Below, piece after piece: positions 15,101 through 31,120 of a stretch of DNA of 64,000 bases (position 1 is its first letter; each line of letters starts with the position of its first letter). The DNA is taken from positions 377,952,001-378,016,000 of the forward strand of contig OZ024742.1 in NCBI GenBank assembly GCA_964016885.1, written 5' to 3'. This DNA is from Eledone cirrhosa. Its lineage: Eukaryota. The position numbers and the translations under genes are program-made. The notes under the pieces were generated by a model. The model had not been told where the DNA came from. It saw only the letters and a program-made list of their open reading frames with translations, and made no database searches.

Positions 15101-16700
15101 ATCACTAAAGAAGACTTGAACATATTTCTACTTCTGTCACTTGTTAAACTATCTCTACAGAAGACTAGAACATAGAACATATTTCTGCTTCTGTCACTTG
15201 TTAAAGTATCTCTACAGAAGACTAGAACATATTACTACTTCTGTCACTTGTTAAACTATCTCTACAGAAGACTAGAACATATTTCTACTACTGTCCCTTG
15301 TTAAACTCTCTCTACAGAAGACTAGAACATATTTCTACTACTGTCCCTTGTTAAACTATCTCTACAGAAGTCTAGAACATATTTCTACTTCTGTCTCTTG
15401 TTAAACTATCTCTACAGAATACTACGACATATTTCTACATCTGTCACTTGTTAAACTATCTCTACAGAAGACTAGAACATATTTCTTCTTCTGTTACTTG
15501 TCACACTATCTCTACAGAAGACTAGAACATAATTCTACTACTCTCACTTGTTAAACTACCTCTACAGAAGACAAGAACATATTTCTACTTCTGTCACTTG
15601 TTAAACTACCTCAACAGAAGGATAGAACACATTTCTACTTCTGTCACTTGTTAAACTATCTCTAAAGAAGACTAGAACATATTTCCACTTCTGTCACATG
15701 TTAAACTATCTCTGCAGAAGACTAGAACATAGTTCTACTCCTGTCACTCGTTACATTATCTCTACAGAAGACTAGAAAATAATTCTACTTCTTTCACATG
15801 TTAAACTATCTCTACAGAAGACTAGAAAATAATTCTACTTCTTTCACATGTTAAACCATCTCTACAGAAGACTAGAACATATTTCTACTATTGTCACTTG
15901 TTAACTTATCTCTACAGAAGACTAGAACATAATTCTACTTCTGTCACTTGTTAAACTATCTCTACAGAAGACTAGAACATAATTCTACTTTTGTCACTTG
16001 TTAAACTATCTCTACAGAAGACTAGAACATAGAACATATTTCTACTTCTGTCACTTGTTAAACTATCTCTACAGCAGACTAAAACATATTTCTACTTCTG
16101 TCACTTGTTAAACTATCTCTACAGAAGACTAGAACATAATTCTACTTCTTTCACTTGTTAAACTATCTCTACAGAAGACTAGAAATTAATTCTACTTCTT
16201 TCACTTGTTAAACTATCTCTGCAGAAGACTAGAACATAGTTCTACTTCTGTCACTTGTTAAACTATCTCTACAGAAGACTAGAACGTAGAACATATTTCT
16301 ACTTCTGTCACTTGTTAAACTATCTCTACATAAGACTAAATCATATTTCTACTTCTGTCACTTGTTAAACTATCTCTACAGAAGACTAGAACATAGAACA
16401 TATTTCTACTTCTGTCACTTGTTAAACTATCTCTACAGAAGACTAAAACATATTTCTACTTCTGTCACTTGTTAAACTATCTCTACAGAAGACTAGAACA
16501 TAATTCTACTTCTGTCACTTGTTAAACTATCTCTACAGAAGACTAGAACAAAGAACATATTTCTACTTCTGTCACTTGTTAAACTATCTCTACAGAAGAC
16601 TAAAACATATTTCTACTTCTGTCACTTGTTAAACTATCTCTACAGAAGACTAGAACATAATTCTACTTCTTTCACTTGTTAAACTATCTCTACAGAAGAC
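9100..16700 (+). repeat. Higher-order repeat of about 2.6 kb (51-52 monomers), about 3 copies
   Basis: CTACGAC marker at 10155, 12767 and 15422 (spacing 2612, 2655). Identical ORFs at 9169, 11781 and 14386. Domain-specific variants are GTCAAAGAAC, CTGTCTCTTG, CTTTTGTCAC and GAAATTAATT. Confidence 0.88.
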
Positions 16701-19700
16701 TAGAACATATTACTACTTCTTTCACTTGTTAAACTATCTCTGCAGAAGACTAGAACATAGTTCTACTTCTGTCACTTGTTAAACTATCTCTACAGAAGAC
16801 TAGAACGTAGAACATATTTCTACTTCTGTCACTTGTTAAACTATCTCTACATAAGACTAAATCATATTTCTACTTCTGTCACTTGTTAAACTATCTCTAC
16901 AGAAGACTAGAACATAGAACATATTTCTACTTCTGTCACTTGTTAAACTATCTCTACAGAAGACTAAAACATATTTCTACTTCTGTCACTTGTTAAACTA
17001 TCTCTACAGAAGACTAGAACATAATTCTACTTCTTTCACTTGTTAAACTATCTCTACAGAAGACTAGAACATAATTCTACTTCTTTCACTTGTTAAACTA
17101 TCTCTACAGAAGACTAGAACATAATTCTACTTCTGTCACTTGTTAAACTATCTCTACAGAAGACTAGAACATAATTCTACTTCTGTCACTTGTTAAACTA
17201 TCTCTACAGAAGACTAGAACTAATTTCTACTTCTGTCAGTTGTTAAACTATCACTAAAGAAGACTTGAACATATTTCTACTTCTGTCACTTGTTAAACTA
17301 TCTCTACAGAAGATTAGAACATAGAACATATTTCTGCTTCTGTCACTTGTTAAACTATCTCTACAGAAGTCTAGAACATAGAACATATTTCTACTTCTGT
17401 CACTTGTTAAACTATCTCTACAGAAGACTAAAACATATTTCTACTTCTGTCACTTGTTAAACTATCTCTACAGAAGACTAGAACATATTTCTACTTCTGT
17501 CACTTGTTAAACTATCTCTACAGAAGACTAGAACGTAGAACATATTTCTACTCCTGTCACTTGTTAAACTATCTCTACATAAGACTAAATCATATTACTA
17601 CTTCTGTCACTTGTTAAACTATCTCTACAGAAGACAAAACATAATTCTACTTCTTTCACTTGTTAAACTATCTCTACAGAAGACTAGAACATAATTCTAC
17701 TTCTTTCACTTGTTAAACTATCTCTACAGAAGACTAGAACATAATTCTACTTCTGTCACTTGTTAAACTATCTCTACAGAAGACTAGAACATAATTCTAT
17801 TTCTTTCACTTGTTAAACTATCTCTACAGAAGACTAGAACATAATTCTACTTCTGTCACATGTTAAACTATCTCTGCAGAAGACTAGAACATATTTCTAC
17901 TCCTGTCACTCGTTAAACTATCTCTACAGAACACTAGAAAATAATTCTACTTCTTTCACATGTTAAACTATCTCTACAGAAGACTAGAACATAATTCTAC
18001 TTATTTCACATGTTAAACCATCTCTACAGAAGACTAGAACATATTTCTACTATTGTCACTTGTTAACTTATCTCTACAGAAGACTAGAACATAATTCTAC
18101 TTCTGTCACTTGTTAAACTATCTCTACAGAAGGCTAGAACATAATTCTACTTCTTTCACATGTTAAACTATCTCTACAGAAGACTAGAACATATTTCTAC
18201 TATTGTCACATGTTACCCTATCTCTACAGAAGACTAGAACATAATTCTACTTCTGTCACATGTTAAACTATCTCTACAGAAGACTAGAACATATTTCTAC
18301 TTCTGTCACTTGTTAAACTATCTCTACAGAAGACTAGAACATATTTCTAAATCTGTCACTTGTTAAACTATCTCTACAGAAGACTAGAACATATTTCTAC
18401 TTCTGTCACTTGTTAAACTATCTCTACAGAAGACTAGAACGTAGAACATATTTCTACTTCTGTCACTTGTTAAACTATCTCTACAGAAGACTAAATCATA
18501 TTTCTACTTCTGTCACTTGTTAAACTATCTCTACAGAAAACAAAACATAATTCTACTACTTTCACTTGTTAAACTATCTCTACAGAAGACTAGAACATAA
18601 TTCTACTTCTTTCACTTGTTAAACTATCTCTACAGAAGACTAGAACATAATTCTACTTCTGTCACTTGTTAAACTATCTCTACAGAAGACTAGAACATAA
18701 TTCTACTTCTGTCACTTGTTAAACTATCTCTACAGAAGACTAGAACGTAGAACATATTTCTACTTCTGTCACTTGTTAAACTATCTCTACATAAGACTAA
18801 ATCATATTTCTACTTCTGTCACTTGTTAAACTATCTCTACAGAAGACTAGAACAAAGAACATATTTCTACTTCTGTCACTTGTTAAACTATCTCTACAGA
18901 AGACTAGAACAAAGAACATATTTCTACTTCTGTCACTTGTTAAACTATCTCTACAGAAGACTAAAACATATTTCTACTTCTGTCACTTGTTAAACTATCT
19001 CTACAGAAGACTAGAACATAATTCTACTTCTTTCACTTGTTAAACTATCTCTACAGAAGACTAGAACATATTACTACTTCTTTCACTTGTTAAACTATCT
19101 CTGCAGAAGACTAGAACATAGTTCTACTTCTGTCACTTGTTAAACTATCTCTACAGAAGACTAGAACGTAGAACATATTTCTACTTCTGTCACTTGTTAA
19201 ACTATCTCTACATAAGACTAAATCATATTTCTACTTCTGTCACTTGTTAAACTATCTCTACAGAAGACTAGAACATAGAACATATTTCTACTTTAGTCAC
19301 TTGTTAATCTATCTCTACAGAAGACTAAAACATATTTCTACTTCTGTCACTTGTTAAACTATCTCTACAGAAGACTAGAACATAATTCTACTCCTTTCAC
19401 TTGTTAAACTATCTCTACAGAAGACTAGAACATAATTCTACTTCTTTCACTTGTTAAACTATCTCTACAGAAGACTAGAACATAATTCTACTTCTGTCAC
19501 TTGTTAAACTATCTCTACAGAAGACTAGAACATAATTCTACTTCTGTCACTTGTTAAACTATCTCTACAGAAGACTAGAACTAATTTCTACTTCTGTCAG
19601 TTGTTAAACTATCACTAAAGAAGACTTGAACATATTTCTACTTCTGTCACTTGTTAAACTATCTCTACAGAAGATTAGAACATAGAACATATTTCTGCTT

Positions 19701-21300
19701 CTGTCACTTGTTAAACTATCTCTACAGAAGTCTAGAACATAGAACATATTTCTACTTCTGTCACTTGTTAAACTATCTCTACAGAAGACTAAAACATATT
19801 TCTACTTCTGTCACTTGTTAAACTATCTCTACAGAAGACTAGAACATATTTCTACTTCTGTCACTTGTTAAACTATCTCTACAGAAGACTAGAACGTAGA
19901 ACATATTTCTACTCCTGTCACTTGTTAAACTATCTCTACATAAGACTAAATCATATTACTACTTCTGTCACTTGTTAAACTATCTCTACAGAAGACAAAA
20001 CATAATTCTACTTCTTTCACTTGTTAAACTATCTCTACAGAAGACTAGAACATAATTCAACTTCTTTCACTTGTTAAACTATCTCTACAGAAGACTAGAA
20101 CATAATTCTACTTCTGTCACTTGTTAAACTATCTCTACAGAAGACTAGAACATAATACTACTTCTTTCACTTGTTAAACTATCTCTACAGAAGACTAGAA
20201 CATAATTCTACTTCTGTCACATGTTAAACTATCTCTGCAGAAGACTAGAACATATTTCTACTCCTGTCACTCGTTAAACTATCTCTACAGAACACTAGAA
20301 AATAATTCTACTCCTTTCACATGTTAAACTATCTCTACAGAAGACTAGAACATAATTCTACTTCTTTCACATGTTAAACCATCTCTACAGAAGACTAGAA
20401 CATATTTCTACTATTGTCACTTGTTAACTTATCTCTACAGAAGACTAGAACATAATTCTACTTCTGTCACTTGTTAAACTATCTCTACAGAAGGCTAGAA
20501 CATAATTCTACTTCTTTCACATGTTAAACTATCTCTACAGAAGACTAGAACATATTTCTACTATTGTCACATGTTACCCTATCTCTACAGAAGACTAGAA
20601 CATAATTCTACTTCTGTCACATGTTAAACTATCTCTACAGAAGACTAGAACATATTTCTACTTCTGTCACTTGTTAAACTATCTCTACAGAAGACTAGAA
20701 CATATTTCTAAATCTGTCACTTGTTAAACTATCTCTACAGAAGACTAGAACATATTTCTACTTCTGTCACTTGTTAAACTATCTCTACAGAAGACTAGAA
20801 CGTAGAACATATTTCTACTTCTGTCACTTGTTAAACTATCTCTACAGAAAACAAAACATAATTCTACTACTTTCACTTGTTAAACTATCTCTACAGAAGA
20901 CTAGAACATAATTCTACTTCTTTCACTTGTTAAACTATCTCTACAGAAGACTAGAACATAATTCTACTTCTGTCACTTGTTAAACTATCTCTACAGAAGA
21001 CTAGAACATAATTCTACTTCTGTCACTTGTTAAACTATCTCTACAGAAGACTAGAACGTAGAACATATTTCTACTTCTGTCACTTGTTAAACTATCTCTA
21101 CATAAGACTAAATCATATTTCTACTTCTGTCACTTGTTAAACTATCTCTACAGAAGACTAGAACATAGAACATATTTCTACTTCTGTCACTTGTTAAACT
21201 ATCTCTACAGAAGACTAAAACATATTTCTACTTCTGTCACTTGTTAAACTATCTCTACAGAAGACTAGAACATAATTCTACTTCTTTCACTTGTTAAACT
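16540..21300 (+). repeat. Higher-order repeat of about 2361 bp, 2 copies
   Basis: CATATTACTACTTCTTTC at 16706 and 19067, and ATATTTCTAAATCTG at 18341 and 20702 (both spacing 2361). Confidence 0.85.
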
Positions 21301-22199
21301 ATCTCTACAGAAGACTAGAACATATCTAATTATTTCACTTGTTAAACTATCTCTACAGAAGACTAGAACATAATTCTACTTCTGTCACTTGTTAAACTAT
21401 CTCTACAGAAGACTAAAACATATTTCTACTTCTGTCACTTGTTAAACTATCTCTACAGAAGACTAGAACATAATTCTACTTCTTTCACTTGTTAAACTAT
21501 CTCTACAGAAGACTAGAACATAATTCTACTTCTTTCACTTGTTAAACTATCTCTACAGAAGACTAGAACATAATTCTACTTCTGTCACTTGTTAAACTAT
21601 CTCTACAGAAGACTAGAACTAATTTCTACTTCTGTCAGTTGTTAAACTATCACTAAAGAAGACTTGAACATATTTCTACTTCTGTCACTTGTTAAACTAT
21701 CTCTACAGAAGATTAGAACATAGAACATATTTCTGCTTCTGTCACTTGTTAAACTATCTCTACAGAAGTCTAGAACATAGAACATATTTCTACTTCTGTC
21801 ACTTGTTAAACTATCTCTACAGAAGACTAAAACATATTTCTACTTCTGTCACTTGTTAAACTATCTCTACAGAAGACTAGAACATATTTCTACTTCTGTC
21901 ACTTGTTAAACTATCTCTACAGAAGACTAGAACGTAGAACATATTTCTACTCCTGTCACTTGTTAAACTATCTCTACATAATACTAAATCATATTACTAC
22001 TTCTGTCACTTGTTAAACTATCTCTACAGAAGACAAAACATAATTCTACTTCTTTCACTTGTTAAACTATCTCTACAGAAGACTAGAACATAATTCTACT
22101 TCTTTCACTTGTTAAACTATCTCTACAGAAGACTAGAACATAATTCTACTTCTGTCACTTGTTAAACTATCTCTACAGAAGACTAGAACATAATTCTAC

Positions 22200-25100
22200 T
22201 TCTTTCACTTGTTAAACTATCTCTACAGAAGACTAGAACATAATTCTACTTCTGTCACATGTTAAACTATCTCTGCAGAAGACTAGAACATATTTCTACT
22301 CCTGTCACTCGTTAAACTATCTCTACAGAACACTAGAAAATAATTCTACTTCTTTCACATGTTACCCTATCTCTACAGAAGACTAGAACATAATTCTACT
22401 TCTGTCACATGTTAAACTATCTCTACAGAAGACTAGAACATATTTCTACTTCTGTCACTTGTTAAACTATCTCTACAGAAGACTAGAACATATTTCTAAA
22501 TCTGTCACTTGTTAAACTATCTCTACAGAAGACTAGAACATATTTCTACTTCTGTCACTTGTTAAACTATCTCTACAGAAGACTAGAACGTAGAACATAT
22601 TTCTACTTCTGTCACTTGTTAAACTATCTCTACATAAGACTAAATCATATTTCTACTTCTGTCACTTGTTAAACTATCTCTACAGAAGACTAGAACATAG
22701 AACATATTTCTACTTCTGTCACTTGTTAAACTATCTCTACAGAAGACTAAAACATATTTCTACTTCTGTCACTTGTTAAACTATCTCTACAGAAGACTAG
22801 AACATAATTCTACTTCTTTCACTTGTTAAACTATCTCTACAGAAGACTAGAACATAATTCTACTTCTTTCACTTGTTAAACTATCTCTACAGAAGACTAG
22901 AACATAATTCTACTTCTGTCACTTGTTAAACTATCTCTACAGAAGACTAGAACATAATTCTACTTCTGTCACTTGTTAAACTATCTCTACAGAAGACTAG
23001 AACTAATTTCTACTTCTGTCAGTTGTTAAACTATCACTAAAGAAGACTTGAACATATTTCTACTTCTGTCACTTGTTAAACTATCTCTACAGAAGATTAG
23101 AACATAGAACATATTTCTGCTTCTGTCACTTGTTAAACTATCTCTACAGAAGTCTAGAAAATAGAACATATTTCTACTTCTGTCACTTGTTAAACTATCT
23201 CTACAGAAGACTAAAACATATTTCTACTTCTGTCACTTGTTAAACTATCTCTACAGAAGACTAGAACATATTTCTACTTCTGTCACTTGTTAAACTATCT
23301 CTACAGAAGACTAGAACGTAGAACATATTTCTACTCCTGTCACTTGTTAAACTATCTCTACATAAGACTAAATCATATTACTACTTCTGTCACTTGTTAA
23401 ACTATCTCTACAGAAGACAAAACATAATTCTACTTCTTTCACTTGTTAAACTATCTCTACAGAAGACTAGAACATAATTCTACTTCTTTCACTTGTTAAA
23501 CTATCTCTACAGAAGACTAGAACATAATTCTACTTCTGTCACTTGTTAAACTATCTCTACAGAAGACTAGAACATAATTCTACTTCTTTCACTTGTTAAA
23601 CTATCTCTACAGAAGACTAGAACATAATTCTACTTCTGTCACATGTTAAACTATCTCTGCAGAAGACTAGAACATATTTCTACTCCTGTCACTCGTTAAA
23701 CTATCTCTACAGAACACTAGAAAATAATTCTACTTCTTTCACATGTTAAACTATCTCTACAGAAGACTAGAACATAATTCTACTTCTTTCACATGTTAAA
23801 CCATCTCTACAGAAGACTAGAACATATTTCTACTATTGTCACTTGTTAACTTATCTCTACAGAAGACTAGAACATAATTCTACTTCTGTCACTTGTTAAA
23901 CTATCTCTACAGAAGGCTAGAACATAATTCTACTTCTTTCACATGTTAAACTATCTCTACAGAAGACTAGAACATATTTCTACTATTGTCACATGTTACC
24001 CTATCTCTACAGAAGACTAGAACATAATTCTACTTCTGTCACATGTTAAACTATCTCTACAGAAGACTAGAACATATTTCTACTTCTGTCACTTGTTAAA
24101 CTATCTCTACAGAAGACTAGAACATATTTCTAAATCTGTCACTTGTTAAACTATCTCTACAGAAGACTAGAACATATTTCTACTTCTGTCACTTGTTAAA
24201 CTATCTCTACAGAAGACTAGAACGTAGAACATATTTCTACTTCTGTCACTTGTTAAACTATCTCTACAGAAGACTAAATCATATTTCTACTTCTGTCACT
24301 TGTTAAACTATCTCTACAGAAAACAAAACATAATTCTACTACTTTCACTTGTTAAACTATCTCTACAGAAGACTAGAACATAATTCTACTTCTTTCACTT
24401 GTTAAACTATCTCTACAGAAGACTAGAACATAATTCTACTTCTGTCACTTGTTAAACTATCTCTACAGAAGACTAGAACATAATTCTACTTCTGTCACTT
24501 GTTAAACTATCTCTACAGAAGACTAGAACGTAGAACATATTTCTACTTCTGTCACTTGTTAAACTATCTCTACATAAGACTAAATCATATTTCTACTTCT
24601 GTCACTTGTTAAACTATCTCTACAGAAGACTAGAACATAGAACATATTTCTACTTCTGTCACTTGTTAAACTATCTCTACAGAAGACTAAAACATATTTC
24701 TACTTCTGTCACTTGTTAAACTATCTCTACAGAAGACTAGAACATAATTCTACTTCTTTCACTTGTTAAACTATCTCTACAGAAGACTAGAACATATCTA
24801 ATTCTTTCACTTGTTAAACTATCTCTACAGAAGACTAGAACATAATTCTACTTCTGTCACTTGTTAAACTATCTCTACAGAAGACTAGAACATAATTCTA
24901 CTTCTGTCACTTGTTAAACTATCTCTACAGAAGACTAGAACTGATTTCTACATCTGTCAGTTGTTAAACTATAACTAAAGAAGACTTGAACATATTTCTA
25001 CTTCTGTCACTTGTTAAACTATCTCTACAGAAGATTAGAACATAGAACATATTTCTGCTTCTGTCACTTGTTAAACTATCTCTACAGAAGACTAGAACAT

Positions 25101-28100
25101 AGAACATATTTCTACTTCTGTCACTTGTTAAACTATCTCTACAGAAGACTAGAACGTAGAACATCTTTCTACTTCTGTCACTTGTTAAACTATCTCTACA
25201 TAAGACTAAATCATATTACTACTTCTGTCACTTGTTAAACTATCTCTACAGAAGACAAAACATAATTCTACTTCTTTCACTTGTTAAACTATCTCTACAG
25301 AAGACTAGAACATAATTCTACTTCTGTCACTTGTTAAACTATCTCTACAGAAGACTAGAACATAATTCTACTTCTTTCACTTGTTAAACTATCTCTACAG
25401 AAGACTAGAACATAATTCTACTTCTGTCACTTGTTAAACTATCTCTACAGAAGACTAGAACATATTTCTACTTCTGTCACTTGTTAAACTATCTCTATAG
25501 AAGACTAGAACATAATTCTACTTCTGTCACTTGTTAAACTATCTCTACAGAAGACTAGAACATAATTCTACTTCTGTCACATGTTAAACTATCTCTGCAG
25601 AAGACTAGAACATATTTCTACTCCTGTCACTCGTTAAACTATCTCTACAGAACACTAGAAAATAATTCTACTTCTTTCACATGTTAAACTATCTCTACAG
25701 AAGACTAGAACATAATTCTACTTCTTTCACATGTTAAACCATCTCTACAGAAGACTAGAACATATTTCTACTATTGTCACTTGTTAACTTATCTCTACAG
25801 AAGACTAGAACATAATTCTACTTCTGTCACTTGTTAAACTATCTCTACAGAAGGCTAGAACATAATTCTACTTCTTTCACATGTTAAACTATCTCTACAG
25901 AAGACTAGAACATATTTCTACTATTGTCACATGTTACCCTATCTCTACAGAAGACTAGAACATAATTCTACTTCTGTCACATGTTAAACTATCTCTACAG
26001 AAGACTAGAACATATTTCTACTTCTGTCACTTGTTAAACTATCTCTACAGAAGACTAGAACATAATTCTACTTCTGTCACTTGTTAAACTATCTCTACAG
26101 AAGACTAGAACATAATTCTACTTCTGTCACTTGTTAAACTATCTCTACAGAAGACTAGAACATATTTCTACTTCTGTCACTTGTTAAACTATCTCTACAG
26201 AAGACTAGAACTAATTTCTACATCTGTCAGTTGTTAAACTATCACTAAAGAAGACTTGAACATATTTCTACTTCTGTCACTTTTTAAACTATCTCTACAG
26301 AAGACTAGAACATAGAACATATTTCTGCTTCTGTCACTTGTTAAAGTATCTCTACAGAAGACTAGAACATATTACTACTTCTGTCACTTGTTAAACTATC
26401 TCTACAGAAGACTAGAACATATTTCTACTACTGTCCCTTGTTAAACTCTCTCTACAGAAGACTAGAACATATTTCTACTACTGTCCCTTGTTAAAATATC
26501 TCTACAGAAGACTAGAACATATTTCTACTTCTGTCACTTGTTAAACTATCTCTACAGAATACTACGACATATTTCTACATCTGTCACTTGTTAAACTATC
26601 TCTACAGAAGACTAGAACATAATTCTACTTCTGTCACATGTTAAACTATCTCTGCAGAAGACTAGAACATATTTCTACTCCTGTCACTCGTTAAACTATC
26701 TCTACAGAACACTAGAAAATAATTCTACTTCTTTCACATGTTACCCTATCTCTACAGAAGACTAGAACATAATTCTACTTCTGTCACATGTTAAACTATC
26801 TCTACAGAAGACTAGAACATATTTCTACTTCTGTCACTTGTTAAACTATCTCTACAGAAGACTAGAACATATTTCTAAATCTGTCACTTGTTAAACTATC
26901 TCTACAGAAGACTAGAACATATTTCTACTTCTGTCACTTGTTAAACTATCTCTACAGAAGACTAGAACGTAGAACATATTCCTACTTCTGTCACTTGTTA
27001 AACTATCTCTACATAAGACTAAATCATATTTCTACTTCTGTCACTTGTTAAACTATCTCTACAGAAGACTAGAACATAGAACATATTTCTACTTCTGTCA
27101 CTTGTTAAACTATCTCTACAGAAGACTAAAACATATTTCTACTTCTGTCACTTGTTAAACTATCTCTACAGAAGACTAGAACATAATTCTACTTCTTTCA
27201 CTTGTTAAACTATCTCTACAGAAGACTAGAACATAATTCTACTTCTTTCACTTGTTAAACTATCTCTACAGAAGACTAGAACATAATTCTACTTCTGTCA
27301 CTTGTTAAACTATCTCTACAGAAGACTAGAACATAATTCTACTTCTGTCACTTGTTAAACTATCTCTACAGAAGACTAGAACTAATTTCTACTTATGTCA
27401 GTTGTTAAACTATCACTAAAGAAGACTTGAACATATTTCTACTTCTGTCACTTGTTAAACTATCTCTACAGAAGATTAGAACATAGAACATATTTCTGCT
27501 TCTGTCACTTGTTAAACTATCTCTACAGAAGTCTAGAACATAGAACATATTTCTACTTCTGTCACTTGTTAAACTATCTCTACAGAAGACTAAAACATAT
27601 TTCTACTTCTGTCACTTGTTAAACTATCTCTACAGAAGACTAGAACATATTTCTACTTCTGTCACTTGTTAAACTATCTCTACAGAAGACTAGAACGTAG
27701 AACATATTTCTACTCCTGTCACTTGTTAAACTATCTCTACATAAGACTAAATCATATTACTACTTCTGTCACTTGTTAAACTATCTCTACAGAAGACAAA
27801 ACATAATTCTACTTCTTTCACTTGTTAAACTATCTCTACAGAAGACTAGAACATAATTCTACTTCTTTCACTTGTTAAACTATCTCTACAGAAGACTAGA
27901 ACATAATTCTACTTCTGTCACTTGTTAAACTATCTCTACAGAAGACTAGAACATAATTCTACTTCTTTCACTTGTTAAACTATCTCTACAGAAGACTAGA
28001 ACATAATTCTACTTCTGTCACATGTTAAACTATCTCTGCAGAAGACTAGAACATATTTCTACTCCTGTCACTCGTTAAACTATCTCTACAGAACACTAGA

Positions 28101-31100
28101 AAATAATTCTACTTCTTTCACATGTTAAACTATCTCTACAGAAGACTAGAACATAATTCTACTTCTTTCACATGTTAAACCATCTCTACAGAAGACTAGA
28201 ACATATTTCTACTATTGTCACTTGTTAACTTATCTCTACAGAAGACTAGAACATAATTCTACTTCTGTCACTTGTTAAACTATCTCTACAGAAGGCTAGA
28301 ACATAATTCTACTTCTTTCACATGTTAAACTATCTCTACAGAAGACTAGAACATATTTCTACTATTGTCACATGTTACCCTATCTCTACAGAAGACTAGA
28401 ACATAATTCTACTTCTGTCACATGTTAAACTATCTCTACAGAAGACTAGAACATATTTCTACTTCTGTCACTTGTTAAACTATCTCTACAGAAGACTAGA
28501 ACATATTTCTAAATCTGTCACTTGTTAAACTATCTCTACAGAAGACTAGAACATATTTCTACTTCTGTCACTTGTTAAACTATCTCTACAGAAGACTAGA
28601 ACGTAGAACATATTTCTACTTCTGTCACTTGTTAAACTATCTCTACAGAAGACTAAATCATATTTCTACTTCTGTCACTTGTTAAACTATCTCTACAGAA
28701 AACAAAACATAATTCTACTACTTTCACTTGTTAAACTATCTCTACAGAAGACTAGAACATAATTCTACTTCTTTCACTTGTTAAACTATCTCTACAGAAG
28801 ACTAGAACATAATTCTACTTCTGTCACTTGTTAAACTATCTCTACAGAAGACTAGAACATAATTCTACTTCTGTCACTTGTTAAACTATCTCTACAGAAG
28901 ACTAGAACGTAGAACATATTTCTACTTCTGTCACTTGTTAAACTATCTCTACATAAGACTAGAACATAATTCTACTTCTTTCACTTGTTAAACTATCTCT
29001 ACAGAAGACTAGAACATATCTAATTCTTTCACTTGTTAAACTATCTCTACAGAAGACTAGAACATAATTCTACTTCTGTCACTTGTTAAACTATCTCTAC
29101 AGAAGACTAGAACATAGAACATATTTCTACTTCTGTCACTTGTTAAACTATCTCTACAGAAGACTAAAACATATTTCTACTTCTGTCACTTGTTAAACTA
29201 TCTCTACAGAAGACTAGAACATAATTCTACTTCTTTCACTTGTTAAACTATCTCTACAGAAGACTAGAACATATCTAATTCTTTCACTTGTTAAACTATC
29301 TCTACAGAAGACTAGAACATAATTCTACTTCTGTCACTTGTTAAACTATCTCTACAGAAGACTAGAACATAATTCTACTTCTGTCACTTGTTAAACTATC
29401 TCTACAGAAGACTAGAACTGATTTCTACATCTGTCAGTTGTTAAACTATAACTAAAGAAGACTTGAACATATTTCTACTTCTGTCACTTGTTAAACTATC
29501 TCTACAGAAGATTAGAACATAGAACATATTTCTGCTTCTGTCACTTGTTAAACTATCTCTACAGAAGACTAGAACATAGAACATATTTCTACTTCTGTCA
29601 CTTGTTAAACTATCTCTACAGAAGACTAGAACGTAGAACATCTTTCTACTTCTGTCACTTGTTAAACTATCTCTACATAAGACTAAATCATATTACTACT
29701 TCTGTCACTTGTTAAACTATCTCTACAGAAGACAAAACATAATTCTACTTCTTTCACTTGTTAAACTATCTCTACAGAAGACTAGAACATAATTCTACTT
29801 CTTTCACTTGTTAAACTATCTCTACAGAAGACTAGAACATAATTCTACTTCTGTCACTTGTTAAACTATCTCTACAGAAGACTAGAACATAATTCTACTT
29901 CTTTCACTTGTTAAACTATCTCTACAGAAGACTAGAACATAATTCTACTTCTGTCACTTGTTAAACTATCTCTACAGAAGACTAGAACATATTTCTACTT
30001 CTGTCACTTGTTAAACTATCTCTATAGAAGACTAGAACATAATTCTACTTCTGTCACTTGTTAAACTATCTCTACAGAAGACTAGAACATAATTCTACTT
30101 CTGTCACATGTTAAACTATCTCTGCAGAAGACTAGAACATATTTCTACTCCTGTCACTCGTTAAACTATCTCTACAGAACACTAGAAAATAATTCTACTT
30201 CTTTCACATGTTAAACTATCTCTACAGAAGACTAGAACATAATTCTACTTCTTTCACATGTTAAACCATCTCTACAGAAGACTAGAACATATTTCTACTA
30301 TTGTCACTTGTTAACTTATCTCTACAGAAGACTAGAACATAATTCTACTTCTGTCACTTGTTAAACTATCTCTACAGAAGGCTAGAACATAATTCTACTT
30401 CTTTCACATGTTAAACTATCTCTACAGAAGACTAGAACATATTTCTACTATTGTCACATGTTACCCTATCTCTACAGAAGACTAGAACATAATTCTACTT
30501 CTGTCACATGTTAAACTATCTCTACAGAAGACTAGAACATATTTCTACTTCTGTCACTTGTTAAACTATCTCTACAGAAGACTAGAACATAATTCTACTT
30601 CTGTCACTTGTTAAACTATCTCTACAGAAGACTAGAACATAATTCTACTTCTGTCACTTGTTAAACTATCTCTACAGAAGACTAGAACATAATTCTACTT
30701 CTGTCACTTGTTAAACTATCTCTACAGAAGACTAGAACTAATTTCTACATCTGTCAGTTGTTAAACTATCACTAAAGAAGACTTGAACATATTTCTACTT
30801 CTGTCACTTTTTAAACTATCTCTACAGAAGACTAGAACATAGAACATATTTCTGCTTCTGTCACTTGTTAAAGTATCTCTACAGAAGACTAGAACATATT
30901 ACTACTTCTGTCACTTGTTAAACTATCTCTACAGAAGACTAGAACATATTTCTACTACTGTCCCTTGTTAAACTCTCTCTACAGAAGACTAGAACATATT
31001 TCTACTACTGTCCCTTGTTAAAATATCTCTACAGAAGACTAGAACATATTTCTACTTCTGTCACTTGTTAAACTATCTCTACAGAATACTACGACATATT

Positions 31101-31120
31101 TCTACATCTGTCACTTGTTA
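22200..31120 (+). repeat. 4.4-4.5-kb segmental duplication (super-HOR), 2 copies
   Basis: ATATTTCTAAATC at 22490/26869 and 24124/28503 (offset 4379). ATAACTAAAG at 24971/29448 (4477). CTACGAC at 26562/31089 (4527). The offset grows stepwise by whole monomers. Confidence 0.85.
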